Below, in pieces: positions 18,906-34,970 of a stretch of 34,970 bases of DNA. The position numbers were made by a program, and so were the translations under genes. Every line of letters starts with the position of its first letter. The first letter of the stretch is position 1. Below the pieces are notes generated by a model, which was not told where the DNA came from, ran no database searches, and saw only the letters and a list, made by a program, of their open reading frames with translations. The DNA is from Blastochloris sp. (GTDB lineage: Bacteria; Verrucomicrobiota; Verrucomicrobiia; Methylacidiphilales; JAAUTS01): assembly GCA_012031345.1 (NCBI GenBank), contig JAAUTS010000013.1, positions 1 through 34,970 of the forward strand. Reading direction: 5' to 3'.

Positions 18906-19468
18906 ATGCTGATCGCTTTTCATAAACCTTATGCCGTGCTGAGTCAATTTACGGCGGATGGCTCGGCAAATCAAACGCTGCGGGATTACCACTTCCCTCC
19001 CCAGGTCTATCCCCTCGGACGACTGGACGCAGACTCCGAGGGTCTCCTCCTGCTCAGTGATGAGCCTGGCCTCAACAGCAAACTGCTCGATCCCGGTGCT
19101 CAACATCCCCGCTGCTACTGGGCTCAGGTGGAACATATTCCCGATGCCGCCGCCCTCCAACAACTCCGCGCTGGCCCCATGATTCAAGGTCGCCGCTGCC
19201 TGCCCTGTCAGGCCAAACTGGTACAACCCGATCCCGAACCCCTCCCGCGTCAACCCCCGATCCGCGTCCGTCAACACATCCCCACCGCCTGGCTTGAACT
19301 CAGTTTGATCGAAGAAAAAATCGTCAAGTCCGGCGCATGACCGCTTCCGTCGGCCACCCCACCCTCCGCCTCATCCGGGTCCGCATCGGCCAGTTCGCTC
19401 TCGGGAATCTTGCCCCAGGCACTTGGCGCGAATTGAACTCCCAGGAACGCGAACAAATCTTTCAATAA
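18906..19468 (+). CDS. rluE: RluE/RsuA-family rRNA pseudouridine synthase (no S4 domain, RluE-like); frameshift in an A7 run at ~19306
   Basis: [14 protein letters not shown]...[17 protein letters not shown]...[10 protein letters not shown]...[13 protein letters not shown]. The conserved continuation [25 protein letters not shown]... runs in the +1 frame to TAA 19466-19468. Confidence 0.75.
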
Positions 19469-19543
19469 TCACAGGAATCTCCCGCGCGAATCTTTCTCCC
19501 TGCCGTCTCTTGCCTTTCCCCTGACTTCGCGGTTAATTAAACC

Positions 19544-20273
19544 ATGCCCGCTCAACCTGAGTCTCTTCCACCCGAAAGTGCCGCCGCCAATCGCAGTGCC
19601 AATATCGGATGCCTCGTGGTCGGAGTCGGTTTGAGCATGTTGCTCTTTTCCTTTGCCATGGGCAGTTTCAGCGCCTGGAGACTGCATGAGCTGCGTCGTG
19701 ATGTCATCCTCAGCCGCATGGCCGAGACCACCCTGGAACCTCTCAACATTCAAGATCAACCCCTGCCCTCCCTTGTCCAACAAGTGGCTGAAGCGGCAGC
19801 TCAGGCCGAGCCTTGGTTTAAAAAAGTTCAATTTCGTCACTACTCAGAAAAAGATCTTACCGGGAAAAAGGCCGAACCCAACGAAACCCGAGCCCACCCT
19901 CAGCATCACTACCTCCAGGATGCCTCTGAACCAACTGCTCCAACAAATCGAAAAAGAATCCGGGCAACAATGGGAAATCATCGACGGCTCCATCAACCTC
20001 CTCCCCGTCGGCGAAACCCTGGAACCCCGTCGCAACCTGATTCTTAAAGGAGTTCAACCCGACTACTGGAAGGCGAATCCCCACCAGGTCGTCCAGGGCG
20101 AAGTCGAATACTGGGACATCCAGCCTTTTCTCATCTCCGAGGGCATCCCCTTCCCCCCACGAAGCTTCGCCCGTTACTTCCCCCGCCAATACCGTTTGGA
20201 AATCAGCAACCTCGAAGCCAATAACGAAATCCTGCGCAACTACCTGATTGAGAAAAAGGTGATTCCGAAATAA
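19544..20273 (+). CDS. Hypothetical membrane-anchored protein; frameshift in an A5-6 run between ~19820 and 19870
   Basis: N-terminal TM IGCLVVGVGLSMLLFSFAMGSF. The C-terminal half ...LNQLLQQIEKESGQQWEIIDGSINLLPVGE...YWDIQPFLISEGIPFPP... lies in the adjacent frame. No family recognised. Confidence 0.5.
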
Positions 20274-20321
20274 CGCCCCTAAACTTCTGTTCGCTTACCT
20301 GTTTCATCATTCCAAACCCAC

Positions 20322-21362
20322 TTACAACCGACCCACTCCCTCTCCTCCCCGCAACTGTCCACAGCCTGCCGCCACGTCGATCCCACGGCGTTGTCGCACG
20401 GTGCAGACATAACCCCGTTCCTTCAATCTGCCTTTAAATGCCTGCACTGGACCGCAGGACGTGGCCTGACCCGCATAAGCTGAAGTTGGGTTCAGGGGAA
20501 TCAGATTGATGTGGGCAGGGATGCCCTGCAACAACTCCGCCAGCTCGTCCGCCTGTTCCAGGCTGTCATTAGCTCCCTCAATCAGGGTCCATTCAAAAAA
20601 AATCCGTCGCTCGGTCCTCTCCCCATAAAATCGACAGGCTTCGATCAACTCATCCAAAGGCCAGCGGCGCGACACCGGGACCAGTGCTGAACGAATTTCT
20701 TCCCTCGCCCCATGCAGGCTCACCGCCAAATGATAGGGACGCTGCTCCTCCGCCATGCGACGAATGCCCGGAATCACCCCCACGGTGCTCAGCGTGATGT
20801 TGCCCGGCCCCAAATTCATTCCCCGACGATCCGTCACAATCTCCAAGGCCTGCATCACCGCCTCATAATTGTGCAAAGGCTCGCCCATCCCCATCAAAAC
20901 AACATTCCGCAGGCGACCCAAAGCCTCCGCCTCCAAATACGCCTGCACATGCCTCAGTTGATCAACAATTTCCTCCGGCCCCAAATGCCGCGTGAACCCG
21001 GCTTGTCCGGTGGCACAAAAAACACAGCCCATGGCACAACCCACCTGACTGCTCACACAGGCTGTCCATCTCCCGGAAAAGCGCATCAACACCGTTTCCA
21101 CGCTCTCCCCGTCGGACAAATCCAAAAGCCATTTGCGGGTCAGACCATCCGAGCTTTGCCATTCCTGCCGCACCTTCCCCCCACTCTTGTTCCCCAATTC
21201 CTGCGCCTCCCACCATCGTTTCAAAGGAGCGGGAAACTGCTCCGGAGATTTACCCCGGTAAAGCCAACTCCACAAACTACGGGCATGAATGCTTTTTAAT
21301 CCCTCGCTTCGTAGGCGCTGCTCTAACTCCGCAAAAGTCAGCCCGTAAAGACCGCTCGTCAT
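20322..21362 (-). CDS. rlmN: 23S rRNA/tRNA adenine-C2 methyltransferase RlmN (radical SAM); start taken at MTSGLYGLTFAELEQRL
   Basis: CAMGCVFCATG radical-SAM cluster motif, C-terminal GCGQL. The ~65-aa ORF-track N-extension overlaps uup and was rejected. Confidence 0.9.
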   Translation of the reverse strand: MTSGLYGLTFAELEQRLRSEGLKSIHARSLWSWLYRGKSPEQFPAPLKRWWEAQELGNKSGGKVRQEWQSSDGLTRKWLLDLSDGESVETVLMRFSGRWTACVSSQVGCAMGCVFCATGQAGFTRHLGPEEIVDQLRHVQAYLEAEALGRLRNVVLMGMGEPLHNYEAVMQALEIVTDRRGMNLGPGNITLSTVGVIPGIRRMAEEQRPYHLAVSLHGAREEIRSALVPVSRRWPLDELIEACRFYGERTERRIFFEWTLIEGANDSLEQADELAELLQGIPAHINLIPLNPTSAYAGQATSCGPVQAFKGRLKERGYVCTVRQRRGIDVAAGCGQLRGGEGVGRL

Positions 21363-21364
21363 GC

Positions 21365-23205
21365 TCAGACCTTTTCCGGCATTTCCAAACTTTTTCGCAG
21401 CGTCTCCAATTCCTCCCAACGCTGGTAAGCCTGCTGAATTTTTTGCTCCAGATCCTTCAACTGCTTTTCCAAAATAGGCAGAGAAGCCGGATCTTTTTGA
21501 TAGGTCTCCGGGTTCCAAAGTTTTTCCTTCAAAACCGTCTGCTCCGTTTCCCATATCTCAATTTTACCCGGCAACTCTTCCAACTCACGCCGCTCCCGGT
21601 TCAACATGCTCTTGGGTTTCGCGTTTTCCCTGCCTGCCACCTTACTCTCGGAGACCGGAGTTTCTGATTTTTTTATCTCCTCCGAGGGCTTCAGCTCCTT
21701 CTGCCGACGCGCGGATTGACGCAACCAATCCTCGTAGCCACCCACATACTCGGAAATTCTTCCATCCGACTCCATCACCAGCGTGCTCGTCACCACATTG
21801 TCAATGAAGGCGCGGTCGTGGGAAACCAGCAGCACGGTGCCGCCGAATTCCACCAGCAAATCTTCCAACAACTCCATCGTCTCCGCATCGAGATCATTGG
21901 TCGGTTCATCCAGGACCAGCACATTGGCTGGTTGCAGAAACAGCCGGGCCAGCAACAAGCGGTTCCGTTCCCCACCGGAGAGCATTTTAGCCGGCATTCT
22001 CACCCGCTCGGGAGCGAAGAGAAAATCCTGGAGATAACCGTGAATGTGTTTGGAACGTCCTTGGAAAGTCACCGTCTCGGAATTACCCGCCACATTCTGC
22101 GCCACGGTTTTCGTGTCATCAATCTGGTCCCGCAACTGATCCAGATAAACCACTTCCATTTTAGTGCCGGTCTTCACCGTGCCCGAGACAGGCTCCAACT
22201 TGCCCAGCAAAAGTTTCAAGAGAGTGGTTTTACCACTGCCATTCGGGCCGATGATGCCGATTTTATCCCCTCGCCAAACAATCGTGCTGAGATCCCGAAC
22301 AATGACCTTGTCGGCAAAGGCGAAACTCAGCTTGTCCGTCTCGATCACCTTTTGACCGGAAGAACCCGCCTCCTGCAATCCGATCTTGGCCGTGCCAATG
22401 CGTTCGCGTCGCTCGGAACGCTCCTCCCGTAATGCCTTCAACGCGCGCACCCTGCCCTCATTGCGGGTGCGACGGGCCTTGACTCCCTGCCGCAGCCAGG
22501 CTTCCTCCTGGGCCAGTTTCTTGTCAAAGGCCGCCCATTGTTTTCCTCCGCCTCCAACGCCGCCGCCTTGCGAATCAAATACTCGTCGTAGTCACAAGCC
22601 CAACTCGTGAGTTGACCCCGGTCAAGTTCGACAATCCGGGTGGCCATCTTCCGCAGGAAGGCGCGATCATGGGTGACGAAAAAAAGCGTGATCTCCTGCT
22701 CCAACAAAAAGGTTTCCAACCAAAGAATGGATTCAATATCGAGGTGGTTGGTCGGCTCATCCAAAAGCAGCACATCCGGCTTGCCGATCAGGGCACGGGC
22801 CAACAGCACCCGCCGCTTCATCCCACCGGAGAGGGAGGAAAACGCCACCTCACGACCCGGAAGTTTCATCGACTCGATCAATTCATCCATGCGCACGTCG
22901 ATCTCCCAGTCTTCCTCGTGCGAATCAGGCCGCAGGCCTTGGGAAATGATGGCTTCCACTGTGCCTTCCAGATCATCCGGCACTTCCTGATCGAGCCGCG
23001 TCAAACGAGTGCCGCTGGGACAAACCAGATCCCCTGAGTTGGGAGTTTCCTCGCCGGAAATGATCCGCATCAGACTGGTCTTACCCGTCCCGTTGCGCCC
23101 CAGCAGACAGACCCTCTCCCCCGCATCCACCTGAAGATTGGCCTGATCCAGCAGCGGTCGCGTTCCGTATTGCAGGACTATGTTTTGAAGTTGAAGCAAA
23201 GGCAT
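21365..23205 (-). CDS. uup: ABC-F family ATPase Uup (two ABC domains + C-terminal coiled-coil DNA-binding domain), split by a 1-nt indel in an A-run near 22520
   Basis: Walker A GRNGTGKTSL and GPNGSGKTTLL; signatures LSGGMKRR and LSGGERNR. The linker FDKKLAQEEAWLRQGVKARRTRNEGRVRALKAL is only continuous across the two ORFs (22438..23205 and 21365..22450). Confidence 0.85.
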
Positions 23206-23287
23206 GAGCCGAAGAAACTACCCGCTTTGCCCACCGCGTCACTCCGTTTTTTAACGGAAAAAATCCACGCACCGGATCCCTTAAGAA

Positions 23288-24409
23288 TCAGTGGATGGCA
23301 CCCCAGCGTGGACCAAAGGGCCAATAAACCACGGCTCCGGTGCCGATAAGATTTTTTCTAGGCACATGACCCCAAAAACGGCTGTCGGAACTTTGGGGGC
23401 TGTTGTCGCCCATGGCCCAGAACTGGTCCTTTTTCAGAAGCACCTGGGCACCCGGTTGGTCGAGGTGTTTCGGCCCAAAAACATAACCCGTATAACCATT
23501 TTCCTGCGAATAAATCCGCTCGAACTCAGGACGCTTCAGGCCAAAAACCTCCCCATTGCTCAGCAGGTAAGGCGGAGCGAGTTCCAAGGTGGCCCCGGGA
23601 ACTCCCACGCAGCGCTTGATGTAATACTGTTCCGAGCTGTAGTTGTATCCGCTCAAAATTCCCGGAATATCATGCGTGGTGAAAACAAAAACTTCACCCT
23701 GCCTGGGTTGACGGAAATGATAGATAAAACGATTGACGAAAACCTGATCCCCCGTCAATCGCTCAAAGCGCAGCAGAAGTTGTCCCTTCTCCACCTGCTT
23801 GCCTATGTCCCCCGCACCCAGTCCCGCCTTACTCAACTCGGCCCGGCTTAAACCGAGCGAATAAGTCCTGGATCCGATTTCGACCTTGGTTTCGCGGATC
23901 ATAGGAATCAATCCCAGGTAGGGCCCCTCGGTGATGGATCGGATTCTGCCGGATTCTTTCACCAAAAGTTCATGATAGGTTTTCCCATAAACGGCCAAAT
24001 CAAAAAGTCTTTTCCCAAAATGAGGAAGCGGCTCCGGATGAGCCTGCAAAGCGATTCCCCAGAGGGTGGGCTTCATGGAATCGGTTGGAATTTTGAAGGG
24101 TTGAAAGAAATAAGTGCGAATGGCCAATGCCAAGACTATAGCGACAAATATAACCTCCACGTTCTCCGCCCAGCCCGCGTAGTTGGAGTGACTGGGGAAT
24201 AATTTTTCCAAACGGCGCGTGGCATTCTCCAGCCTTTTCTTTTCGCCCTCAGATTGACCCCTCTCTATTTGCAGGCTTTTCAGCTCAGCTTCGAGGGAAC
24301 GAAACTCCTCCGTTTGACCCGGCGTAAAAAGGTCACGGGAATAATTCCACTTCCGCCGCATGAAGTGCAGGTGTTCCTTGATTTCCTTGTGAAAGTTCAT
24401 GAAAAACAT
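23288..24409 (-). CDS. lepB: Signal peptidase I LepB (long N-terminal cytoplasmic extension)
   Basis: SPase I boxes: TDSMKPTL (Ser), GDNSPQSSDSRFWG, the Lys box region, and a TM segment IFVAIVLALAIRTYFF. It sits downstream of lepA, as in the conserved lepA-lepB operon. Confidence 0.85.
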   Translation of the reverse strand: MFFMNFHKEIKEHLHFMRRKWNYSRDLFTPGQTEEFRSLEAELKSLQIERGQSEGEKKRLENATRRLEKLFPSHSNYAGWAENVEVIFVAIVLALAIRTYFFQPFKIPTDSMKPTLWGIALQAHPEPLPHFGKRLFDLAVYGKTYHELLVKESGRIRSITEGPYLGLIPMIRETKVEIGSRTYSLGLSRAELSKAGLGAGDIGKQVEKGQLLLRFERLTGDQVFVNRFIYHFRQPRQGEVFVFTTHDIPGILSGYNYSSEQYYIKRCVGVPGATLELAPPYLLSNGEVFGLKRPEFERIYSQENGYTGYVFGPKHLDQPGAQVLLKKDQFWAMGDNSPQSSDSRFWGHVPRKNLIGTGAVVYWPFGPRWGAIH

Positions 24410-24432
24410 GGCGATGATTACCGATAAATATT

Positions 24433-26226
<1,794 letters not shown>

Positions 26227-26270
26227 AATGGGCGAAATATAATAGGGATGGAGCGGGATGCAGATTTTTT

Positions 26271-26954
26271 TCAACCGGCCGAACTGGCTTCGGTGGCTTT
26301 GCTGCGCATGTTGCGGATAGCCTCTCCCATGTCTTTCTGACGGAAGAGCGAAGTTCCGGCCACCAAAACATTGGCTCCGGCCGTGACGGAGGGGCCTGCC
26401 GTGATGTCGTTCACCCCGCCGTCCACCTCAATGTCAACGTTGAGTTGTTGTTCGATGATGTAACGACGGGCCACACGGATTTTTTCCAGAACCTCGATGA
26501 TGAAGGGCTGTCCACCAAACCCAGGATTCACCGTCATGCAAAGCAACAGATCCAGATGGGGCAGGAGGGGCAGCACGTGTTCAATTTCCGTCAGGGGATT
26601 GATGGCCAGGCCGGCACGACAGCCCATGTCACGGATGACTTTCAGCGTGCGGGCCGTGTTGTGACTGGCCTCCAAGTGCACCGTCAACACATCCGCCCCG
26701 GCTTCAATGAAAGTCCGGGCATAACGATCAGGTTGCTCGATCATCAAATGCACATCCAGCGTCGCCTCCTCCACCTGGCGCCGGAGCATGTGAACAATCT
26801 CCACCCCGAAAGAAAGGTTCGGCACAAAGTGTCCGTCCATCACGTCAATGTGCAGCCAATCCGCACCTCCCGCCATGGCCCGCTTCGCTTCCACTCCCAG
26901 ACAGGACATGTCGGAAGCCAGCATGGACGGCGCGATGATGAGGGGACGGTTCAT
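26271..26954 (-). CDS. rpe: Ribulose-phosphate 3-epimerase
   Basis: IAPSMLASDMSCLG...HIDVMDGHFVPNLSFG...MTVNPGFGGQ. Confidence 0.9.
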   Translation of the reverse strand: MNRPLIIAPSMLASDMSCLGVEAKRAMAGGADWLHIDVMDGHFVPNLSFGVEIVHMLRRQVEEATLDVHLMIEQPDRYARTFIEAGADVLTVHLEASHNTARTLKVIRDMGCRAGLAINPLTEIEHVLPLLPHLDLLLCMTVNPGFGGQPFIIEVLEKIRVARRYIIEQQLNVDIEVDGGVNDITAGPSVTAGANVLVAGTSLFRQKDMGEAIRNMRSKATEASSAG

Positions 26955-26961
26955 GAATGAA

Positions 26962-27345
26962 TCAAACTTTCGGTTTTTGGATCAGTTCAATTTCATAACC
27001 TTCCGGCGCGTCAATGAAGGCGATGATGCTGCCCGAACTGGTCGTGGTAGGGCCGTCGGAAAAAGGATACCCTTTGGATTCGGCATGACGTTGAAAGGCC
27101 TCCATGTCCAGAACCTCAAAGGCCAGATGCGTCAGGTCAGGCTGCACCTGCACCGGACCGCTGGAAGGAAAGGAGCAAAGCTCGATTTCCTCCTCACTGT
27201 AAGGCGCTTTGAAGAACACCAACTCGGAGCCCCGTGGCGATTTATGACGCCGGGTTTCCTCCAAACCAAGAACGTCACGATAAAAACTCACGGTTTTTTC
27301 CAAGTCCGTGACACGATAGCGGGTGTGTAAAAGGCGTTGAATCAT
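26962..27345 (-). CDS. VOC/glyoxalase-I family protein (lactoylglutathione lyase-like)
   Basis: HTRYRVTDLEKTVSFYRDVLGL...THLAFEV...GYEIELIQ. Confidence 0.7.
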   Translation of the reverse strand: MIQRLLHTRYRVTDLEKTVSFYRDVLGLEETRRHKSPRGSELVFFKAPYSEEEIELCSFPSSGPVQVQPDLTHLAFEVLDMEAFQRHAESKGYPFSDGPTTTSSGSIIAFIDAPEGYEIELIQKPKV

Positions 27346-27357
27346 GGAAGAAAGTTA

Positions 27358-28428
27358 TCAGCGAATCCTGACTTGCAAACCCTCATTTACAGCCAACCCA
27401 GCAATGAAATTACCCGCCAGTTGCGCGATGGCCTCCAGATCCCCCGCGTGGAAAACCTCCACCGTGGAGTGCATGTATCGGTTGGGCAGACTGATCACCG
27501 CACAGGGTATGCCACCGCGTTGCACAAATATGGCATCAGCGTCCGTGCCGGAAAACCTAGGGTCTGTGGAAAGTTGACATGGAATCTTGCGTTTCTCCGC
27601 CGTCTTCAAAAGCTTTTCCACCAAAACCGGATGATTGACACTGCCCCGGCTGATGATGGGGCCCTTGCCCAAATGAATCTCACCGTGCTTCTTGAAGTCA
27701 CAGGCCGGCGTGTCCGTGGCATGACCCACGTCCACCACCAGCGCGGCGTCCGGTTGCAGCGCGTATCCCGCCATGCCGGCACCATAGAGACCGTTTTCCT
27801 CCTGAATGGTGGACACCGCGATCACACAGGCATTCAGTTTTTTAAGCTGGGAACAAAGTCGCAAGGTCTCCGCTGCCGCAAAAATTCCAATCCGGTTGTC
27901 CGCCGCCCGGGCCGTATAAAGATCATCACCCAATTTGTCCCAGGAAATTTTGAACGTGATAGGATCCCCCACCCGCACCCGCTTCTCCGCCTCCGACTTG
28001 CTGCGCGCCCCGATGTCCACGAACAACTCGTGAATCTTGACCGCATTTTCTTCACCCTTGCTTGTTTGAAAATGAATCGGCACAGAACCGATCACCCCGG
28101 TCACCGGTCCCTTGGCCCCATGCACGATGACGCGATGGCCACGGGCCAGGGCCACGTCCGTTCCACCGACCCGCACGATGTAAAGAAACCCTTCCCTGCT
28201 GATGTGCTGCACCTGATAACCAATTTCATCCGCGTGTCCCACCACCATGATGCGAGGGGAACCCGCCGGATTCAGAATCGCATGGACATTTCCATAGGCA
28301 TCGGAGCCCGTTTCATCCGCAAAGGGGCTGACATACTCCAGCCATTTTTTTTTGAACCGGAGATTCCCAACCCGACAACCCGTGGGTGTCGAGCAGGCTT
28401 TCCAAAAAACGGGCAGATGATTCTTTCA
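27358..28428 (-). CDS. M42-family aminopeptidase (FrvX/CelM-like); frameshift in an A9/T9 run at ~28343-28351
   Basis: Core IMVVGHADEIGYQV...GGTD...VIGSVPIHF... . The N-terminal MKESSARFLESLLDTHGLSGWESPVQKK sits in the ORF 28313..28633 frame. Removing one A gives a contiguous VQKKWLEYVSPFADETGSDAYGNVHAILNPAGSPRIMVVGHADEIG. Confidence 0.8.
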
Positions 28429-28554
28429 TGGCAGGGCGCAGGGGCAAACTATAAGGAAAGCAAAGCCCTCCCGCTTTGCCAAGCCGCTTGTTGCCTCTTT
28501 TCCTAACTCCTAACCCCTGGGGCCTCCGCTGAAGGCAATGCCCGGCAGGACGAC

Positions 28555-31728
<3,174 letters not shown>

Positions 31729-31778
31729 TCAACATTATCCAGACTTGAGATCTCCTTCCCCATCCATACAGTCTTTCC

Positions 31779-32588
31779 ATGATCTCCCTGCCTAGCTTTT
31801 TTAAACCCCAACATATTCTCTGGCTCAGTTGGACTTCCGTCCTCCTTTTCCTGGCCGCTTGTGTTCAGCTCCAGGAATCCGGGCGCAGCGTGTTTTTGGT
31901 CACCACTCCCGAACAGGAAGCCAGCATGGGCGCCGAATCCTTTGCCCAACTCAAGGCCGGGGGCAAAATCTCCGGAGATCCCGTCACCAACAGCCAGGTT
32001 CAACGGGTCGCCCAAAACCTCATCCGCCAGGTCAACGTCCCCAACGCCAACTGGGAAGTGGTGGTTTTTGATGACCCCACCCCCAATGCCTTCGCCCTGC
32101 CCGGCGGTAAGATCGGAGTCCACACCGGCATCCTGCCCCTCACCCAAAACGACGCCGGCCTGGCCGCCGTGCTCGGCCATGAACTGGCCCACGTCACCCT
32201 GCGCCATGGCGGACAACGCTTCTCCCAACAGTCCGGCATCATGCTCGGTTACTCCGCCCTCGGCATCGCCTTGGCCAATGAAGAATACAAAACCCGTCAA
32301 CTCTGGCAAACCGCCGCCGGCATCGGTAGTCAGGTCTTTCTCACCCTTCCCTTCAGTCGCAGTCACGAATACGAAGCCGACCGCTACGGCATGACCTACA
32401 TGGCCCGCGCTGGTTACGATCCCCAGGAAGCCATCAACTTCTGGAAACGCATGGAAGCCGCCTCCAATCAACCCGGCAGCAAACCCCCGGAATGGCTCAG
32501 CACCCACCCGGCCGATTCCAACCGCATCAAACAACTTCAAGACCTCCTGCCCCAAGCCCAGGCCGAATACCAACGCGCACGTCTATGA
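31779..32588 (+). CDS. M48-family zinc metallopeptidase, probable lipoprotein
   Basis: Lipobox-like LLFLAACVQ; HExxH (LGHELAHV); downstream SRSHEYEADRYG. The stop overlaps the phoD-like start as ATGA. Confidence 0.8.
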   Translation: MISLPSFFKPQHILWLSWTSVLLFLAACVQLQESGRSVFLVTTPEQEASMGAESFAQLKAGGKISGDPVTNSQVQRVAQNLIRQVNVPNANWEVVVFDDPTPNAFALPGGKIGVHTGILPLTQNDAGLAAVLGHELAHVTLRHGGQRFSQQSGIMLGYSALGIALANEEYKTRQLWQTAAGIGSQVFLTLPFSRSHEYEADRYGMTYMARAGYDPQEAINFWKRMEAASNQPGSKPPEWLSTHPADSNRIKQLQDLLPQAQAEYQRARL

Positions 32589-33963
32589 ACCATTCTTTCC
32601 TTAAGCTCCTCCCTACTCTCGCCCTCCCCATCCTGTTCTCCCTCGCGGCCTTGGCCTCCCCCACCGCACAGGCCGGAGAACTCCTCTCCCAACCCATGCC
32701 CGGTGCCACCACCCATCGCGAAACCACCATCCTCTTCGAAGCCAAAAACTCGCACCACGCCATTCTCAGCTACTCCCCCAGCGACGCCCCCCAGCAGACC
32801 CAGAAAATCAAACTCCTCGCTCCAGCTCCCCATCCCCTCGGTGGCCAAATCTACCGCTTCACCCTCCAACTCCTCCGCCCCGGCACCCGCTACAACTACG
32901 AGATCACCCTCGACGGTAAAAAGTTGAACTTCCCCCAACCCCTCCAATTCCAAACTCTGGCCGATTGGCAATTCCGCGCCACCGCCCCCGATTTCAGCTT
33001 CATCACCGGTTCCTGCAACTACCTCAACGACCAACCCTACGACCGTCCCGGCAAACCCTATGGTCAGGGCGACCACATCCTCGACCACATGGCCCGCAGC
33101 GGTGCAGACTTCATGCTCTGGCTTGGCGATTCCCTCTACCTGCGTCCCGCCGACTACTCCTCCGCCTCGGGCATTTGGTATCGCTACCAACGGGAATTCT
33201 CCGCGCCTGAATTCCAGGCCCTGCGCTCGGCCATGCACCACTACGCCATCTGGGACGATCACGAATACGGCCCTAACGACTCCGACAAAACCTATCGCTT
33301 GAAAGAAACCGCCCTCCAGGTCTTCCAAAGCTACTGGGCCAACCCCAGCTACGGAGAACCTGACAACCCCGGCGTTTACACCAGCTTCACCTGGAGCGAC
33401 TGCGCCTTCTTCCTGCTCGACAACCGCTACCATCGCGACGCCAACGACCTCGACCCCAAGACCCATCCCAACAAAACCCAGTTCGGCCCGCGCCAAATCG
33501 ACTGGCTCAAGCAGTCCCTCCTCAACCATAAAAATGCCCGCTTCAAATTCATCGTCATGGGCGGTCAATTCCTGCACGACCACAAATTTGAATCCTTCAG
33601 TAAATTTCCCGCCGAGCGGCAGCACATCCTCGACTTTCTCAAAACCCATCAAATCAACGGCGTCGTCTTCATCAGTGGAGATCGCCACTTCACCGAACTC
33701 ACCAAGATGCCCGCCCCGGCAGCTACCCCCTCTACGACCTGACCAGCTCCCCCATCAGCAGCGGCATCGCTCCCGTCATCCTCAAAGGAGAGGAGACCAA
33801 CCCCCTTCGCGTCCCCGAAACTCTCGTCACCACTCAAAACTACTGCAAAATCAAAGTCAGCGGCCCCAAGGAAGATCGTCGTCTCACCCTCCAATCCTAC
33901 GACAAAGAAAACAACCTCCGCTGGACCGTCGAAATCCCCGCCTCCGAACTCCAAAACCCCTGA
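32585..33963 (+). CDS. PhoD-like alkaline phosphatase/phosphodiesterase with a signal peptide; frameshift in a C-run near 33700
   Basis: Signal peptide LLPTLALPILFSLAALASPTAQA. Metallophosphatase motifs (GSCNY, LWLGDSLY, WDDHEY, GDRH). The C-terminus YPLYDLTSSPISSGIAPVIL...WTVEIPASELQNP is in the third frame. Confidence 0.8.
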
Positions 33964-33991
33964 CCAAGACAGGAGTTACGACCCAGGAAAA

Positions 33992-34963
33992 TCATCTTCC
34001 CCTCCCCTGCTCTAGAACCTGAAAGCATTCCATCGCCTCCACCTCCGGGTCCGCCACGGGCACAGACCACTGCTCCAAAAAATCCTTCTGCGTGACTTGA
34101 TCTTGCCGATCCAATCCCAGCTCTTCCCCCCAACTCTGTAAAAAGGTAAAATTCACGTCATAGGTCAAATCCTGCCGACCCACCCGCCGATAAATCTCCT
34201 CCCCCTCCAGTCGTAAATGTTGAAAATACGCCCGGATGCTCCCTTGCCTGTGCTGCTGGAATATCTGCGGAGCCATCGCACCATAATCTATCGTCAACAA
34301 CCTCCCAGCCCGCCAGTGAGTCAGCCACTCTCGCCACCACTCCCGATAACTCCACGGAATCTCCGCCCGAAACCCAATTCCGGGCCGGTGCCCCCTGCGC
34401 CAACAACTCCGCCAAGGCCGCCCCGGACCGCTCACCCTCCACCGGCAACCACCTCTCTTCCATCTCATCCCCTCGCTGCTCTAGCCACAGCTCCCGCCAC
34501 TCCCCCTGCTGAAATCCCAGAATCATACAGGGAAAGGCATCCACCAACTCATTGGAAAAATCAAAAGCCTCCCCCTGATTCCAATCCAATGCCTCCTCCA
34601 GACTTCCATGCCAGATCACCCCGGCTCCCTTCAAACGCCGTTCCTGCTCAGCCCGCAAAGGCTCGGAACTCTCCACCTCATGAAACGAGAAACCCCGGCG
34701 TCTCCACCACCCCAACTCCCTCATCACCAAGGCCAACAACTCCCCCGTCCCTCCACCCACCTCAATCACCGGAATTCGTCCCCGACCCGGCCAAAGCTTC
34801 GCCCGACTCAACAACCAACGGGCCAATCCACGAGCAAGTCCCGGAAACTGCGTGGCCGACGTGGAAAATCACCACGCGATCCCACCGTGGCAATCCCCCG
34901 CCGATAATACCCCTGCTCCGGATCATGCAAGGCCCTGGCCATAAATTCTTCAAACCGCTCCAT
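33992..34963 (-). CDS. MidA/NDUFAF7-family (DUF185) SAM-dependent methyltransferase with at least two frameshifts (~34400-34470 and a T4/T5 run ~34880)
   Basis: PVIEVGGGTGELLALV (SAM-binding), LTIDYG, and the N-terminal ARALHDPEQGYYRRGIATVGSRGDF(S)T... recovered across frames. Confidence 0.65.
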
Positions 34964-34970
34964 ATCCGGC

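Noticed and set aside
23240-23265. Hairpin CCGTT-tttt-AACGG followed by A6 between uup and lepB
   Set aside because: The U-run would precede the stem on the minus (transcribed) strand and follow as an A-run on the plus strand. Neither orientation gives a canonical intrinsic terminator. It is more likely part of the uup promoter/UTR region.

Overview
This is a GC-rich bacterial chromosomal segment. By eye the GC content is in the high 50s percent, except for one AT-rich patch. It is densely packed, mostly with minus-strand housekeeping genes, and the gene set suggests a PVC/Verrucomicrobia-like organism, though this is only a guess. The window opens with a small mobile/accessory patch: the C-terminal fragment of an IS1380-like transposase, a complete IS630-family IS (TA target duplication, ~26-bp terminal inverted repeats), a VapC(PIN)/Phd-YefM toxin-antitoxin pair with a perfect palindromic operator, and a ~900-bp AT-rich stretch without ORFs. 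The core block that follows carries DUF4339 and LysM proteins, ligA, vanZ, purU and queD, then a Hanks Ser/Thr kinase next to an HDOD protein. A frameshifted HAD hydrolase sits next to a WYL-domain regulator, which is divergent from a zinc-ribbon protein, a small membrane protein and a secreted EEP nuclease. After these come NfeD plus flotillin, the Lhr-core helicase with PdeM, rluE, rlmN, the ABC-F gene uup, lepB, lepA, rpe, a VOC/glyoxalase protein, an M42 peptidase, a GH2 beta-galactosidase, an M48 peptidase, a PhoD phosphatase and a MidA methyltransferase. There is no CRISPR array, tRNA or rRNA. At least 14 genes are broken by single-nucleotide indels, nearly all inside homopolymer runs. 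This looks like assembly or sequencing error (uncorrected long reads) rather than real pseudogenes, and it affects every ORF call. No canonical defence system is present. The most accessory-looking parts are the IS/TA/AT-rich patch (1-2800) and the WYL-centred neighbourhood (10.7-15.7 kb).
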